Positions 12,455 to 25,717 of a stretch of DNA of 64,000 nucleotides are shown here, piece after piece. A program made the translations under genes and the position numbers. Below the pieces are notes generated by a model. It searched no databases. It was not told the DNA's origin and was given only the letters and a program-made list of their open reading frames with translations. Positions within the stretch are counted from its first letter, which is position 1, and each line of letters starts with the position of its first letter. Source of the DNA: Macrostomum lignano (Eukaryota); assembly GCA_002269645.1 (NCBI GenBank), contig NIVC01003070.1, positions 1-64,000 of the forward strand, given 5' to 3'.

Positions 12455-12795
12455 AACACCTCACTCCCTGCATGCCCCAAACCCCACCTCACTCCCTGCC
12501 CCAAACACCCACACAACTCCCTGTCCCTAACACCCACCCCACTCTCTGCCCTTAACACCCACCTCACTCTGCCTCAAACACCCGCACCACTCCCTGCCCC
12601 AAAAACCCACCTCACTCCCCGCCCCAAACCCCCACCTCACTCCCTGCATGCCCCAAAACCCCACCTCACTCCCTGCCCCAAACCCCCACCTCACTCCCTG
12701 CATGCCCCAAACCCCACCTCACTCCCTGCCCCAAACACCCACACAACTCCCTGTCCCTAACACCCACCCAACTCCCTGCCCTTAACACCCACCTG
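12455..12795. repeat. C-rich minisatellite (CTCACTCCCTGCCCCAAACCCCCAC-like)
   Basis: Imperfect tandem copies. Confidence 0.85.
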
Positions 12796-14176
12796 ACATC
12801 TGTCTCAACCAACTCACTCACTGCTTCGAACTGCCACCTTGCTCCCTTAAAATAAAATACTGATCTACTCTGATGCATCATGCATCCTTTCGTAGTTCTT
12901 ATTTAGAGGTTCGTTAATAACAAGTTTATAAAAATTTGCTTACTCTTTTCCTAGTTTTTGCCTTAATGATCACGCGAGTCTGTTAATTTTGTTATTATCT
13001 ATATCCGCATGTACTAAATGTTTCATATTTGCTTCTAACGATACCGTTCTTTAAAAATACAGCAATTCTTTTGATTCTAGAAAAAATCGAGCAGTTTCTT
13101 AAAAAATTGCATTGCAAATATCAGTTATACCCTCTTGCTTTTTTCTTTATTTATTCTGATTTAGCGATATAGATTCGAGAGTTTGACCTTTAGATGTCGC
13201 CGAAAGCTTTCCCCATGATGCTCGTAAATTTTGGGTCATTAATCACCAGAGTCAAGGTATTTGGCGACCACCTGGCATTGTGGGTCTACAGGTGCCAGAT
13301 CGATGGTCTGAGCTGAGATAATCACGATGTTTTCACAGTTGTGACTTAAATTTGTTTAAATCCTATAATATTCCTGCTATTTTTCCCACTGCCTCTCCTC
13401 TTCAATCCCGAACTTCGACGTGAGTTTTAACTAATCGGCCCAGCCAATCAGAAACTTCACCCTGAGTTTTAACAAATCGGCTCGGCCAATCAGAATCGAC
13501 GTATTTCACTGTAACAAATCACGTGAAAGTTGATTCCTATTTAAAGTCTCCCCGTCGAGGGACATCAAGTTCGATGACAACTACTGGAACTTCATCGAGA
13601 GTCGGCTCAGGATACCTTATTAGCCATCGGCAGTCCGAACATCTGATTGGTTGGGTGAGAGGCTACAATTAAACTCGCTTAGCTGGGAGTGTTCCTTTAA
13701 TTATCTGGCCCTGTTTTCAGTTTGATTGAGTATTGCAATTTCTGGCTTTCTTTTCATGTGCTGAACTTGTCTAGACAAAATTCCGGACTTTAATACTAAT
13801 AGTAGCATGTTCGCTCTAAAGGAGTTTGAAAATATCTGGTCGGATCGGATAATTTATTTTGTTTTCTTTCTTCGATTCGCAATGCCAGCTCAACTGAGCT
13901 GCTAAGCTGAAAGGCAATGCTTGCAGTGGACAAATCAATCATTTTGAACCAACCATGTACTTACTATACTAGTAAGAGTGCTGACTCAGGCACCAAAGCA
14001 GCTTATCTCATGTAAGAATTCACCAGCTGGGTCTCAGAGAGCCATAGGATTGCTCTGCATCAGCCCTATCTGAGAGTTTTTAGCCACATTTTCGGCCAGA
14101 AGCTTGCATATGGGAATTTGCTAATGTAATTACTGCATGGTGCTATAACCATGCCAGCCGAACAGAGTTCACTGCA

Positions 14177-14690
14177 AAACAACTTGTCCGGCTGGCAACT
14201 TGTCCGGCTGGCGACTTGTCCGGCTGGCAACTTGTCCGGCTGGAAACTTGTCCGGCTGGCAACTTGTCCGGCTGGCGACTTGTCCGGCTGGCAACTTGTC
14301 CGGCTGGCAACTTGTCCGGCTGGCAACTAGTCCGGCCAATATGGCAACTTTCTGGCTGGCAACTTGTCCGGCCGACAACTTGTCCGGCTAGCAACTTGTT
14401 CGGCTGGCAACTTGTCCGGCTGGCAACTTGTCCGGCTGGCAACTTGTCCGGCTGGCAACTTGTCCGGCTGGCGACTTGTCCGGCTGGCAACTTGTTCGGC
14501 TGGCGACTTGTCCGGCTGGCGACTTGTCCGGCTGGCAACTTGTCCGGCTGGCAACTTGTCCGGCTGACAACTTGTCCGGTTGGCAACTTGTTCGGCTGGC
14601 GACTTGTCCGGCTGGCAACTTGTCCGGCCAATATGGCAACTTTCTGGCTGGCAACTTGTCCGGCCGACAACTTGTCCGGCTAGCAACTTT
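14177..14690. repeat. Minisatellite, 16-bp unit ACTTGTCCGGCTGGCA
   Basis: About 30 tandem copies; explains the 16-aa periodic ORFs. Confidence 0.97.
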
Positions 14691-15459
14691 AAGGCTGGCA
14701 AAGTTCCTGCTCCCGGAGGGACAAGCTGAAAATATTCAGACCTGAAGAACCCCAAATTTTTAATTGCAAACTTTTTTCAACTGGCTGGAATAACTTCTTA
14801 TTGCAGCTAATTAGCAACTGTAGCGCCAGATTGAGGAGCGCTTGCAACTGTGGCGCCAGATCAAGTGCCGCTAGCATTAACTGTTGTGTCGTTTTAAGCG
14901 ATCTTGAAAAAATTGTAATGCAGAAAATCTCGGCCATATTCCTTCCAGTCCCCGGAATTTCGCTAGTTCCGGGATTGGAGAGTTTGGTTTCCATTATGCA
15001 TACTAAGGGATTGCAAAATCCCGGTTTTTTGCGATCCCGGGATCAGAAAAATATTGATTCTTAAGCTTCTGGATTGACATTTTAAGGCTTAATATGCGCT
15101 AAACGTTTTTTGCTTTTATTGTTTATTGTTATAGAGTTGATGATCTATTTGTAGATGAAAAAGAGCATTATATTGTGATACAAGCTGTTGAAACCCGCGG
15201 ATTTTGAACCCGGGGAATTCCAATACCCGGAACTACGTTTGCATGTATTCTGAAATCTAAGGCCATACACAAACAAAAACTTGTTAATAGTTAGTAGGAT
15301 AGAGGTAGACATAAAATGGAGCACATTCGTGTAAAATTAGGGTTTGAGACATTGTTGGCTGGGGTACTGCGCAGAAGGTCAGGCAATGTCTGTCTGACTC
15401 TAAAACATATTGCTAAACTCTGGTCTCTCACTGACTCTCCCTACGTCCCTTGGATCCTT

Positions 15460-15863
15460 TAAAATTTCTATCGTCTCTTTGTTTCCTCTCATCTCTCTCG
15501 TCCCTCGTCTCTCCTCTCTCCTCTCTCCCCTCTTCTCTCGTATCTTCCCTCATCTCTCTTCTCTTTCATCTCTCTTATCTCATCTCTTGTCTCTTCTTTT
15601 CTCTAGTCTCCTCTCTCCTCTCTACTTTTTCGTTTTCTCTCTCCTCTCTCCCCCTCTCCTCTCTCCTCTCACCCCCTCTTCTCTCTGATCTTCATTCTCC
15701 TTTCTATTCTTTTCTCTCTTCTCTTAACTCTCTCCTCTACTCTCTCATCTCTCCCCTCTTCTCTCGTCTTTGCTCTCTCATCTTTCCTTTCTCTTATCTT
15801 TTCTCTCTTATCTCTTCTCATTTCTTTCTGCCCCCCTTCTCTCTCTCTCTCTCTCTCTCTCCC

Positions 15864-15907
<44 letters not shown>

Positions 15908-16600
15908 GTCTTTCTCTCTTATCTCTCCTCCTCTCTCTACTCTCTCCCCTCTCCATTCTCCTCTTTCCTCTCCTCTCTCCTCACTCACTTCTCTACCTTT
16001 GTCTCTCCTCTCTCCTCTCGTTTCTGTAACCTCTCCTCTGTTCTCTCTACTCTCCCATCTTTTATCTGTTCACTCTCGTCTCTGCTCTCTCATCCCCCTC
16101 TTTAATCTGGCATCTCTGTCTTATATGTTCTCTCACCTCTCTCCTCTGTACTCTTTTCTTTCCCCTCTTTTGACTCTTCACTTTCCTTTCTCCTTTCTTC
16201 TTTTCTCTTCTCTTCCCTTTTCTATACTCTGTCTCCCTCTCTTCTCTCACTCCACTCTCCTCTCTCCGTTATCTCTCATCTCTCATTTCTCATCTCTCCT
16301 TCCACCTCTCTCATCTCTACAACCTTAGAGATGTAGAGATGTATCTTTATCTCTTCTCTCTTCCCTTTACTCTCTCATCTCTTCTTTCACCTGTTTCCTC
16401 TCTGCTCTCCTCTCTGCTGTCTCCTCTCTCCTCTCATCTGCAGCTCTCTGCTCTCTCATCTCGCTTTTCCTCTCTCCCCTCTTCTCCCCCTCTCTCTCAT
16501 CATCCTCACCCCCTCATCCCTCCTATTATCTTTTATCTTTTCTTTTATCCCCTCTGTCGCCTCTCCTCTCTTCGAATCGTCTATTCCTTCTTCTTTCCAC
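15460..16600. repeat. CT-rich low-complexity / (TC)n tract
   Basis: Polypyrimidine tract of about 1.1 kb with a pure (CT)n core near 15838-15900. Confidence 0.95.
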
Positions 16601-16701
16601 TTTCATCTGCCCCTCAGCTATGAGCTGGAATGCTGGATTCTTTATCTGGCCTTTGAGGTAAAAGTCTGCCCATCCCTGCTTGGAAAGCCAGTTTGTGGGA
16701 C

Positions 16702-17292
16702 GTAGTACTCTCATCGTTGTTCTCATGCTTTGATCACGTCATCTTTCTTGCCAATTTGCAGCCCTGAAAGGAATTTGTGTATCTTCAGCTCCACTGCAGT
16801 CTGCATCAGTCTAACAATAGCAACCAAGGAAATACGCATTTCTTAGGAGGCCATTTAAAATTTACACACTACCTTTAAAAGAAACCTAAAATTTCCATGG
16901 TGTGCCTAATTTAGTAGGGTTGTATTGCATTGCATCGCATCGCCTTTTCATAAATCTTTCGCTTTTACAAACCATGCTGGATTCCCTCGATTTGCCAATT
17001 GCCATCCAGTGTTAAACTGCTGCAGAGTTTGCCAATACAGAGGGGAGGGCAGTGGTTAGAATTTCTCACTAAACTGTTTTGGCTAAACGTAGCCTCTCCA
17101 CTCTCGGGGTGCAGAGAAGGCTATAAATAAAGTTATTCCAAAACACTGTACATTCGCTATGTACATTGAGCCCTATCGCCTGACCCTTCGTCTGGCTCTG
17201 GGGGAATGAGTGAGTGAGTGGCACAAACAATCGAAAAAGCAAACTTCACATGCTTACAGTTTCTGTTCTGATTGAGTTAGAGAGTTGAAACT
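16702..17292. repeat. Dispersed repeat; inverted copy at 28829-29394
   Basis: Colinear reverse-complement match (e.g. ccatggtgtgcctaatttagtagggttgtattgc vs gcaatacaaccctactaaattagtcacaccatgg). Confidence 0.9.
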
Positions 17293-17850
17293 TTACATTT
17301 AGATAGAGAATGGGTCAATGAAGAATTGTGTCAAATTTGAAGTCAATCGCTTTACGTGGAGCAAACTTATGGCAGCTGAAAGTTAGTCAATTTTGAAACC
17401 CCTTTTACACATCTGAGCCCAGATCGGGAAAGAGAGGCGGGCGGAGGTTGGGGTGGTTGCTAGGCTGAAAAAAACAGCCAAATTTTAAAAGTGCACAGCG
17501 CCGTTCAGGATTAACTTTCAGATTTGAAATTTTACACGATTGTGTCAAAATAGTTGAAAATTGTCTGTGTCAAATTTGAAGAGAATCGGTAGAAGTGGAG
17601 CGGCGCTATGGAGGATTAAGTGAAAAAATCGCGCATTTTGAGCAGTTTTTTGTACTTTTAGGCAGGAAGACTTGAGTCTAGGAAATTAAAAGGTAGCCTA
17701 AGACATTCTCCGTAGTAAGTTTAGGGTGGGTGTAACGTTTGGTGTCATTTGGTTGAGCGGTTTGGGAGTCCATAGCGATCAAAATTGTCCACAGACACAC
17801 AGACAGACAGACAGACACACAGACAGAGTTTTGATTTTTATATGTAGAGA
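17280..17850 (-). mobile_element. Non-autonomous Helitron, 5' portion (Lep1-like layout)
   Basis: Minus strand begins A|TCTCTACATATAAAAATCAAAAC then (GTCT)n, a typical Helitron 5' layout; internal part recurs at 30420-30730. 3' end not located. Confidence 0.65.
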
Positions 17851-19494
17851 TTGTGACGTATTAAAGTAGTATAGAAGTACTACTACATTAGTAGTAAAGA
17901 AGCAAAAAATATCAAAATTTACATTGCAATAAATTTTACATTTATATCTGTGATGCCACAAATTACAAATGCGATATTTATCGTGTACTGTTATGTTTAT
18001 CTGTCGAATGTAGATAGTATAGAGTAGAAAGTGTAAAAAGAAAAGTAATAATAAAGTTTCTGAAGCTCTAAATTGACTCGATCTATTAATTGAGACTATC
18101 TACTCTCACTCTCACACAGCATCAAATTAGCTAGCAACTTTAGGCCCAACAATTATGTTCATATTACAAAACTTCTTGTAAAAATAATAACAAAAATTTT
18201 GTCCCGGGATTTCGGGATCAGCTGACACAGCTGAATCAGGCATCAGCTAAGTGTCTACACTGTACAGCGCATTCATGCTGTTAGCAAACCAAAAATAGCA
18301 TAGCAATACGTTTATATACTAATTGAGTATTTTGACGACTACTGGACTAGAGATATACGAGTAAATGAAAAGCTGAATATTGCTGTGACTTGTAACAGAA
18401 CTCGTACTTCCGTTCCAACCCATTGATAATTCCATCCAAGCGTAGACACTACACTACTAGTCAGTGCTATATATAAGCGTACTGTGCAAGTGCAAGACAG
18501 TACGATGCTGCGTAATGCACTTTACACCAGATTTTCTACAATCCCGGCAGGCATCCGGCGGCGGCATCCCCTTCGCCTGTATGTATGAGTTGACTTTGAG
18601 CTTGTTAGAGCGAGCGAACGAACCTTTTTCCAATTCTGGCTGAATCTTTCATTCCATTGTAAAGAACTTTTACCCAGACACAATGACAAGTCAAATCGGC
18701 CATGCCCATTATTACACCATTGAGGAGAGCTGATTCAACTCTGGCGCTGTGTGCAAAGGATACGAGCGTAGCGGACCCGTGCGTAGGCCTTCTGTGTTTT
18801 ACATTAACCCACAAGGCAGAACCGATCGATATCGTATGCCTGTCCAGGCAGCAGCCCTCCTCGCTCCCTCAACCCCACCAGTAAGGGTTTTCCACTCCCT
18901 CTACTCCTTATCGTCCAATTAGCTGGGCACTGGCAGCCTTCCCCACCCCCGCCGCCAGCACGAAGGCTAAAGTATTCCGCCGATTCAGTCAGCGAAGGGT
19001 CAAGGGAGAGCCTCCCCGCCCCGCCGGACGCTATTGTTGGGTCTTAACGCTGTGTTTTTCGTTTCAGTTGTTTTTTGGAGCTCCCAAAGTTTCAGTTTCA
19101 GTCAGTCAGTATCTTATTAGTCATTTTATTAGTATTTTATTAGTCTTTTATTAGTCAGCCAGTCTTTAATCGCGGTCTCCTGGCCCTGGCCCGTAAGGCC
19201 GTAAGTTACAAATGTTTCTGCATGATATGCTATCTAAATAAGCTACATGTAAATAGGCCCTGTGCCTGTAGTGTAAGGATAATAGAGCCCTGTCTTAATC
19301 AGCTAAGACAGATTACAGTAAAAAACTTCAGTATCTATCTGTCTGTATCTATCTGTGGATTTTATAACATTCTAAGAGTCTTATACTATAGTCTATACAT
19401 AGGCCCTAGCCATCTCTTTGGGAGATGTGGTTCATATACTGTACAGAATTTGCAATCAGAGTATGAATAATGTTGAAAATGATGGGATAATGAC

Positions 19495-19895
19495 TAGAGG
19501 TCGGATGGGATCCCGATCCCGATCCCAAAATCTCGGGATCCCGAGGAAAATTGAATTCCCGCGGGACGAGAATCCCGACCCTAAAAAACTCGAGATTCGG
19601 GAACAGGTCTTTTGATTAAATAATTTATAGAATTAGTGATTACTTGAAGGTATTTTGCTTTAACTTGTACTCGTTACATTATTTACTTTGTTGGTTACAA
19701 AACTTCATATCAATTTTGTTGTGTTTTACTTCTTGATCTTGACAATCTTTTCTCAATTTTGTTTAACTTTACATGGACAATACACTAAAAGACCTGATCC
19801 CGATTCCCGAAATCCTGATCCCGATCCCGATCCCGAGAAAAAAATTATTCCCGATCCCGATCCCGCCCGAAGATTTCAATCCCGTCCGACCTCTA
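19495..19895. mobile_element. hAT-type MITE (401 bp)
   Basis: TIR TAGAGGTCGGA(T/C)GGGA at both ends; perfect 8-bp TSD ATAATGAC (19487-19494 and 19896-19903); subterminal GATCCC repeats. Confidence 0.9.
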
Positions 19896-22489
19896 ATAAT
19901 GACATTTGCCAGTGAACATTTGCCAGCATGGGCGGCGGGAGCTTGCGGCACCAGGGGCACGTGTCCCCTAGAAAATGAGTCCATGTGGTAATTTTTAATG
20001 TTTTTTCTGATTTTAGGTCCTAATTAGCAGCTTATAAAGGTACCTGTGCCCCCTTGCACAGTGCCCAGTGCCCTCCTCAAATATTAAGCTCCACTGCCCC
20101 TGTTTGCTAGCTGACATTTGCTAGCAGGATGTTTGCTAGCCAATGTTTGCCAGCCAACATTTGCCAGCGGGATGTTTGCTAGCCAATGTTTGCCAGTCTA
20201 GCCAATATTTGCCAGCCAAAATTTGCCAGCTAGACATTTGCAGGTGGCAAGGGATTGTAAGCCTGTTTATATTATGATATAAGAATTATGCCTTGTCTAG
20301 GCTTATATGCACTTGGCAAAATCCAAAAATTAGGAGCAAGTTTCATGAAAATTCGTTTTTTGGCAATTTAAAAGCAATAAAGCTATAAAATAAATAAATT
20401 AAATTTTTAAAAGGTATAAAAGTCTATTAAAGCACAAATTATTTATGTATAGCTTTATTTTTAATAAAATGATTTGTTAAAATAGTAATTTTAATTACAA
20501 CCTAAAATGAGTCTAATGAAAATGATAGAAAAGTAGTGTTCTACCATAAGGAGGGTCCATGTATTGTAGCCATAGCCATAAGCAAAACTATGGCTTATTC
20601 CAATTCTCAATATTCCATAGCCGTAGGGACTCCAATATTACCATATTCCCATAGCCGTAGCCATAGCCGTAGCCATAGTTTTGACAAAAATTCTTGGAAA
20701 TAAAGTACTTTGAATTAGGAAGGTCTAAGCCTGGTACTTAAATAATTGCAAGGGTCATTTAAAAGACGGCAAAGAAAAACATTTTTTTGCAAAAAAACTC
20801 AGCAAACTAGCAATGTCAAATGTAAAAGTTTTGTTACCAACATTATAAAAACATGTATAAGAGCAGAGGAAACACTAAGAAAGCATTTATTTGGCATATT
20901 TGTTTATATTTACACTAAAAACCACAAACTTCCAAATTAACTAATTTTAATCCAACGAAAGAAAACTTTTAATAATGTGCAGGGCCCCTCCTGATTTCTT
21001 TATAAAATAGTCACCATTTAGTCAATTTGAATTCACGCCAAAACTAAGAAATATATTTTGTTTTAATACTCGTATTTTCTATAATATTTTGCACTAACAA
21101 ATTTTTGTTTAAAACTGTAGCAAATTTTAGTATAAATAGAAGCATTTTTGGCAGAGGAGAGACCAACCTTGCGCACCGCAGTTCACTAACAAAATAGTTG
21201 AAAACGAATAGTAAGAGTTCCGAGAAAATAAGAATTGAAGAAGTGTTTTCTGTGTTGATTCTTTTTAAGAAGTAAGAGTGAAATAGACTGAAGCGTATAC
21301 AGTACATACTATTGAGAAGCAGCAGTATTGAGTAGAAAGAGAATATGAAGTAGATCTGAAGTAATACGTGTAAGAATAACCGGAGGCTGTGACCCTCTGA
21401 TCTCGGTAATGCCCAAGGACTTGCAAAGTACATGAAATGCATATACCAGTAAGACAAAATACCGCTCAGGCCATTATTAAATAGAACGCTACCAGAATAA
21501 TAGAACGCTACCAGAATAATCAGAAGAGTAAAATCTTTCAGGGCTAACAGTTTTTCTAAGAATAATACTCAGACTAAATACTCAGACTAAATACTCAGAC
21601 TAAATACTCAGACCTATTCTAAGAAACATTTCTCGGATTATTCTAAGATTGATAAACTCATAATTTATTAATAGGATAATCCTGGTGGCAGCTACCAACT
21701 TAAAAGATTAGTTTAGCCCTAGTACAACTTTGGTGACAGTGTGAAATTATTATTAAAGACAGAAGTAACCCCTACCACAATAAAATAATATATACAATAC
21801 ATTACAATGAGCAAACTAGCATTTAGTGAACTTTTTTTATAGTAAAGTATAAATAAACTATAAAGTGTATTTGTTAATATGTTCATAGTTGACTATATTA
21901 TCAAAACTTCTAATATAATTGAGCTTTTGGTTGCTCAGGCTGGGTGTTGTTCCTCGATTCCCATTGCTATTACCAATGTAGTAACTTGGTTCTGCTTGTT
22001 GGGGTGGTTTGGCAGGTTTTGATATCCCACTGCTATCACCAGTGTTACACTTGGCTTTCTGGTTTTTGTGGCGGGGCAGACTACTATTTCCCGAAGCAAC
22101 CTTGTTGAGTATACTTATGGGGGTTGAGACTGGGGAGAAATCTAAGATCAAGGGTAGTGCTGCCACCAGCGTGGGAACCGTAGGATCCGCAATGAAGGGG
22201 TCTGTTTGGGCTCCATGCAAATAAATAACGCTAGAACAACTAGTCTCAGATATTTCAATGTCCAAGTGACAGGACTCAATGGTAGCAAATGGCCTGAGCG
22301 GCGCAGTCCTGGCACTGACAAATGTCCGCGCTTGAGCGTGTCTGAGTTTAGCTCTCAGAGGACCCCTAACTCTTACTAACCTAATAGCTACGTCTCGCGC
22401 AGATGGGCGGCGAGGAATAGGTCTATGCGCCTGAAGCAGCAATAGACTCTAGGCCTATAAACTAACAGCTAGTTCTTAGGATCGCGCAC

Positions 22490-23150
22490 GAGTGCTGCGA
22501 CTGCACACTCACTCTCACTCTTATTCGCGCCTATGTCGCGAATTGACACTAGCAGAATGGCTTTAGCCAACTGATTTCCTGCCAATAGGGTAGGCTGGAA
22601 AACTAGAGCTATAGCACTAGCAATGCTCTACCAAGACCTGCTCAGGAGCGTGCTTTCTGCTTGAGCACTACAATGCTTTACCAAGACCTGCTCAGGAGCT
22701 TGCAGCTGCTTAGCGATGCTTATAGCTCTACCAAGACCTGCTCAGGAGCTTTGCTTCGCTGTTAACCGGCGCTAGAGCGCTTTCTCAGAGATAGTTCTCT
22801 ACGAGATTGACCAGTGGTCAAAATGGTTCTGAGGAAAAATTCAGACAAGCGGGCCTGCATTCGTTAATATAGAACGTGGAGGGTGGAGTGTTTGGGCATT
22901 CCGTGGCTTGACCATGGAACTGCAGCCCGAAAAGTGCGGATAATGATGCACAACAGATATTGATTAAACATGGGGGAGAAAGTAGCTTGTACGAAGCGCC
23001 GACAGTCGCCTCAAGCTACTAGTGACAATAGCATGCCAAATTTGGGCTTGTGCGCACAAGGCTGCACGTGAGGGAGGGTTCAGCTTGGGACACGGGTCCG
23101 CGAAACCCTCAGTCTAAAAATAGAATGACGCATGGGGAGAGGCTTGGCAC
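22490..23150. repeat. Dispersed non-coding repeat; direct copy at 50770-51350
   Basis: Colinear match including the internal tandem CTACCAAGACCTGCTCAGGAG (3 copies vs 2). Confidence 0.88.
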
Positions 23151-23388
23151 CTAACGGCCGTGGGCTAGCCAGACAATCCACTAAACAAAAAATACGTGGC
23201 TAGCCAGGTGGCTCCACCGTGGACCCACACAGGCTAGCCTAGAGAGTCCACACAGTGCGCACAGTGATAGTACGCTAGATATGCCAAGGAACGCTGCTAT
23301 TGGTCCGTGTAGGCTGGGGTCGAGTGCACCGCGGACGGTAATGAGAAGTCTGGGAATTCTGAGTGCTAAAAATAGACACCGCTAAAAA

Positions 23389-23450
23389 TTGGTCGAGTGG
23401 CCAGTGCGCCTGACTTGAAATTGGAAGGTTTGAGGTTCGAATCTTGCTAG
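23389..23450 (+). mobile_element. tRNA-derived (SINE-like) head
   Basis: A-box-like TGGTCGAGTGG and B-box GGTTCGAATC at tRNA-like spacing; no intact cloverleaf. Confidence 0.45.
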
Positions 23451-25717
23451 ACAAAATATTTTCTTGATGTAAGTATTGTGGGTGTAAAAAAAGCAGAACA
23501 GGCAGAAGACCAAAAATTAGAATTTAAGTGAACAACATTAAATTATGGTAAGGATTATTACTATTAAAATTAGAGGATTATTAAGTTTAAGCGATGAAAA
23601 TATGCAGATTAGAAAAGTAGTATTGAAAGAGTAAAAAGTATTATTTATTCGAACATAAATAAAAATGGTGGAAATGATTTTTTAAAATTTAGTATTAGCA
23701 TTCATACTTCGTCTGTAATCATAGTACTTTAAATCAGTAGCTCATTTTGGGTTTGTAGAATTTAAGTGATTAAGCTAGTGATAATGCATTGGAGAGCCAC
23801 TCATAAGCCAAATTGATATATTATCGGGTTAGCCAATAGTCTTAATACTAAGATGCACAGCACAGGTAGGCTCCTTGCATGCATGCACTCACAGCTCACA
23901 CTGCTGCCAATATCAGCAGCAAGCTCAACCGCCTGCAAGTTAGCGATGTGGCAGTCCATTAATGTGGCAGTTGCAGGCCTAAAGTTAAGTAACTCTCATG
24001 AAGTCATGCACTCATCACTCATGGTCTGTGTTTTTTTGGTTTGTTTTTGTTTTGGCACGGTTTGAGTCTAGCAGTGCTAATATTGAACACTTAGTAATCT
24101 TTTGTAACACTTCGGGTGAAGCACATTTAGTTCCTGTCATATTTATTGTCATTGAAGTCAAAGATCAATTATACCGGTACCGTTTCGACGTATCGTAATT
24201 ATTAAAAAAAGAATCTATATTTGAAAGTTCAACTGTTGTGCCACCTTAGATACATTTTTTCTGGTAAAAAAGTCTTAAATGTTTTATGTATTGCAATAAA
24301 ACTTAAAAACTCCCCTGCTTTTATCATGGACGAGTAAAAAAATCGAAAGGTAAGTTCAGTTTTGTTAATGTTTTCCGTAGCTGTTGACAACAAGAACTCA
24401 GTTACTTTTTATTTAATGTATTGTAAATTTATGATTTTTAAAGTTCATATGAGAATGCAGCCTAATTGTTATTATGAATTGTCATGCATTTAATACAGTT
24501 CTAGAGTAAAGTAAAATTATTCAGACACTTTCTCAAGACCTCAGGCAGTACATTCGCGGCATTTGCCGTGCAATTTTATAATTTTTGGAGGCTAATATCC
24601 ATCAAAAATAACAGTGCGGATGCGGAGACAGGAAAAGCGTCATTTTTGCATCACAAAATCAAGCGATAGCATTTGATCTCGGTTAATGAATACTACCATT
24701 CTTTTAATTTAGGATGCAAAGCATGTCAGTCTGTTGTATTATATACATGTATGTTGCCTGTTGGGTTTAAAAAGTTTTTGCCTAATATAGATTATATTTA
24801 GATTTAATCTGAATATAATTTAGATATAATTCTTTTTTAAATTTTTACAAGCCAAAGGTTATAAATACTCACTAGTGACATTAGTATCAGTAGCCGAAAT
24901 ATTTTGTTTTGCTTTGTCTTGAAACAAGTATATATATAATGTAGCATATAAAGTGTGAAGAAGGGACACAACAGTAAAAAAATTCATAAGTGTATTAAAA
25001 ATGAAAACTAGGATGATGAAACTTATTAACGCGCAACTATTAGCTTATAAAATAAAGTAGAGTAACATGTTGTGCACGCTATATTAAAATAATGGTAGTC
25101 TTCATCCTTCAGAATGAAATGCTTTGGGTAATATATTTTGTTAATGATATATTCTCCAGTGTATTTTCATGGAAATCAGCCTCTAAAACAATTACAGGAT
25201 CTCTGAATCTGACTGCTTTTATTTAATGTATTGATTGTATTCACAGATCAATGTATCGTGGGTTGCTTTCACAAGCTTGAAATTTCACATCGAAACCAGT
25301 TATTTTCATAAACTCGAAATTTCACAACCTCGAAAACCATTTTGAACTTGAATAAACTCGATAAACTCGAAAGCAAGTTTAACGGAAAACCAATTTAAGT
25401 ATTTATGCACTTTCTGCAGTCCGTCTAGACTGTGTTGTTTATTGCAAAGGCATGCTAGTCTAAATAACGGCGGCAAGGAATGAGTACGTTAGTATTCCTG
25501 AAGTACAAGTACGTAGCAAGGTTTTGCAAATTGTAGATACATCTAGACTGCGCATATCTCTAATTCCCCAATCCGGTATGTTCTGAAGTTCTGTCCCAGT
25601 CAGGTGGTATACAGTTACTACAGCAATCGTTAGGTAAGTACATGTAAGTGACTGCAGCAAGGTTTTTTAATGTTTTCAGTATGCCATTTGTTGTATTCCC
25701 GAATGCAACAAAATCTG

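Noticed and set aside
14066-14755. Cluster of ORFs on both strands
   Set aside because: Products of the 16-bp minisatellite.
15450-16328. 292-aa Ser/Leu-rich ORF
   Set aside because: CT low-complexity tract lacking stop codons by composition.
18391-19210. Possible solo LTR (TGTAAC...GTTACA)
   Set aside because: Only a 6-bp terminal match, no TSD, no PBS/PPT and no second copy in the window.
21858-22442. 194-aa minus-strand ORF
   Set aside because: No recognisable motif and non-ATG start; possibly a decayed retroelement ORF1 but unsupported.
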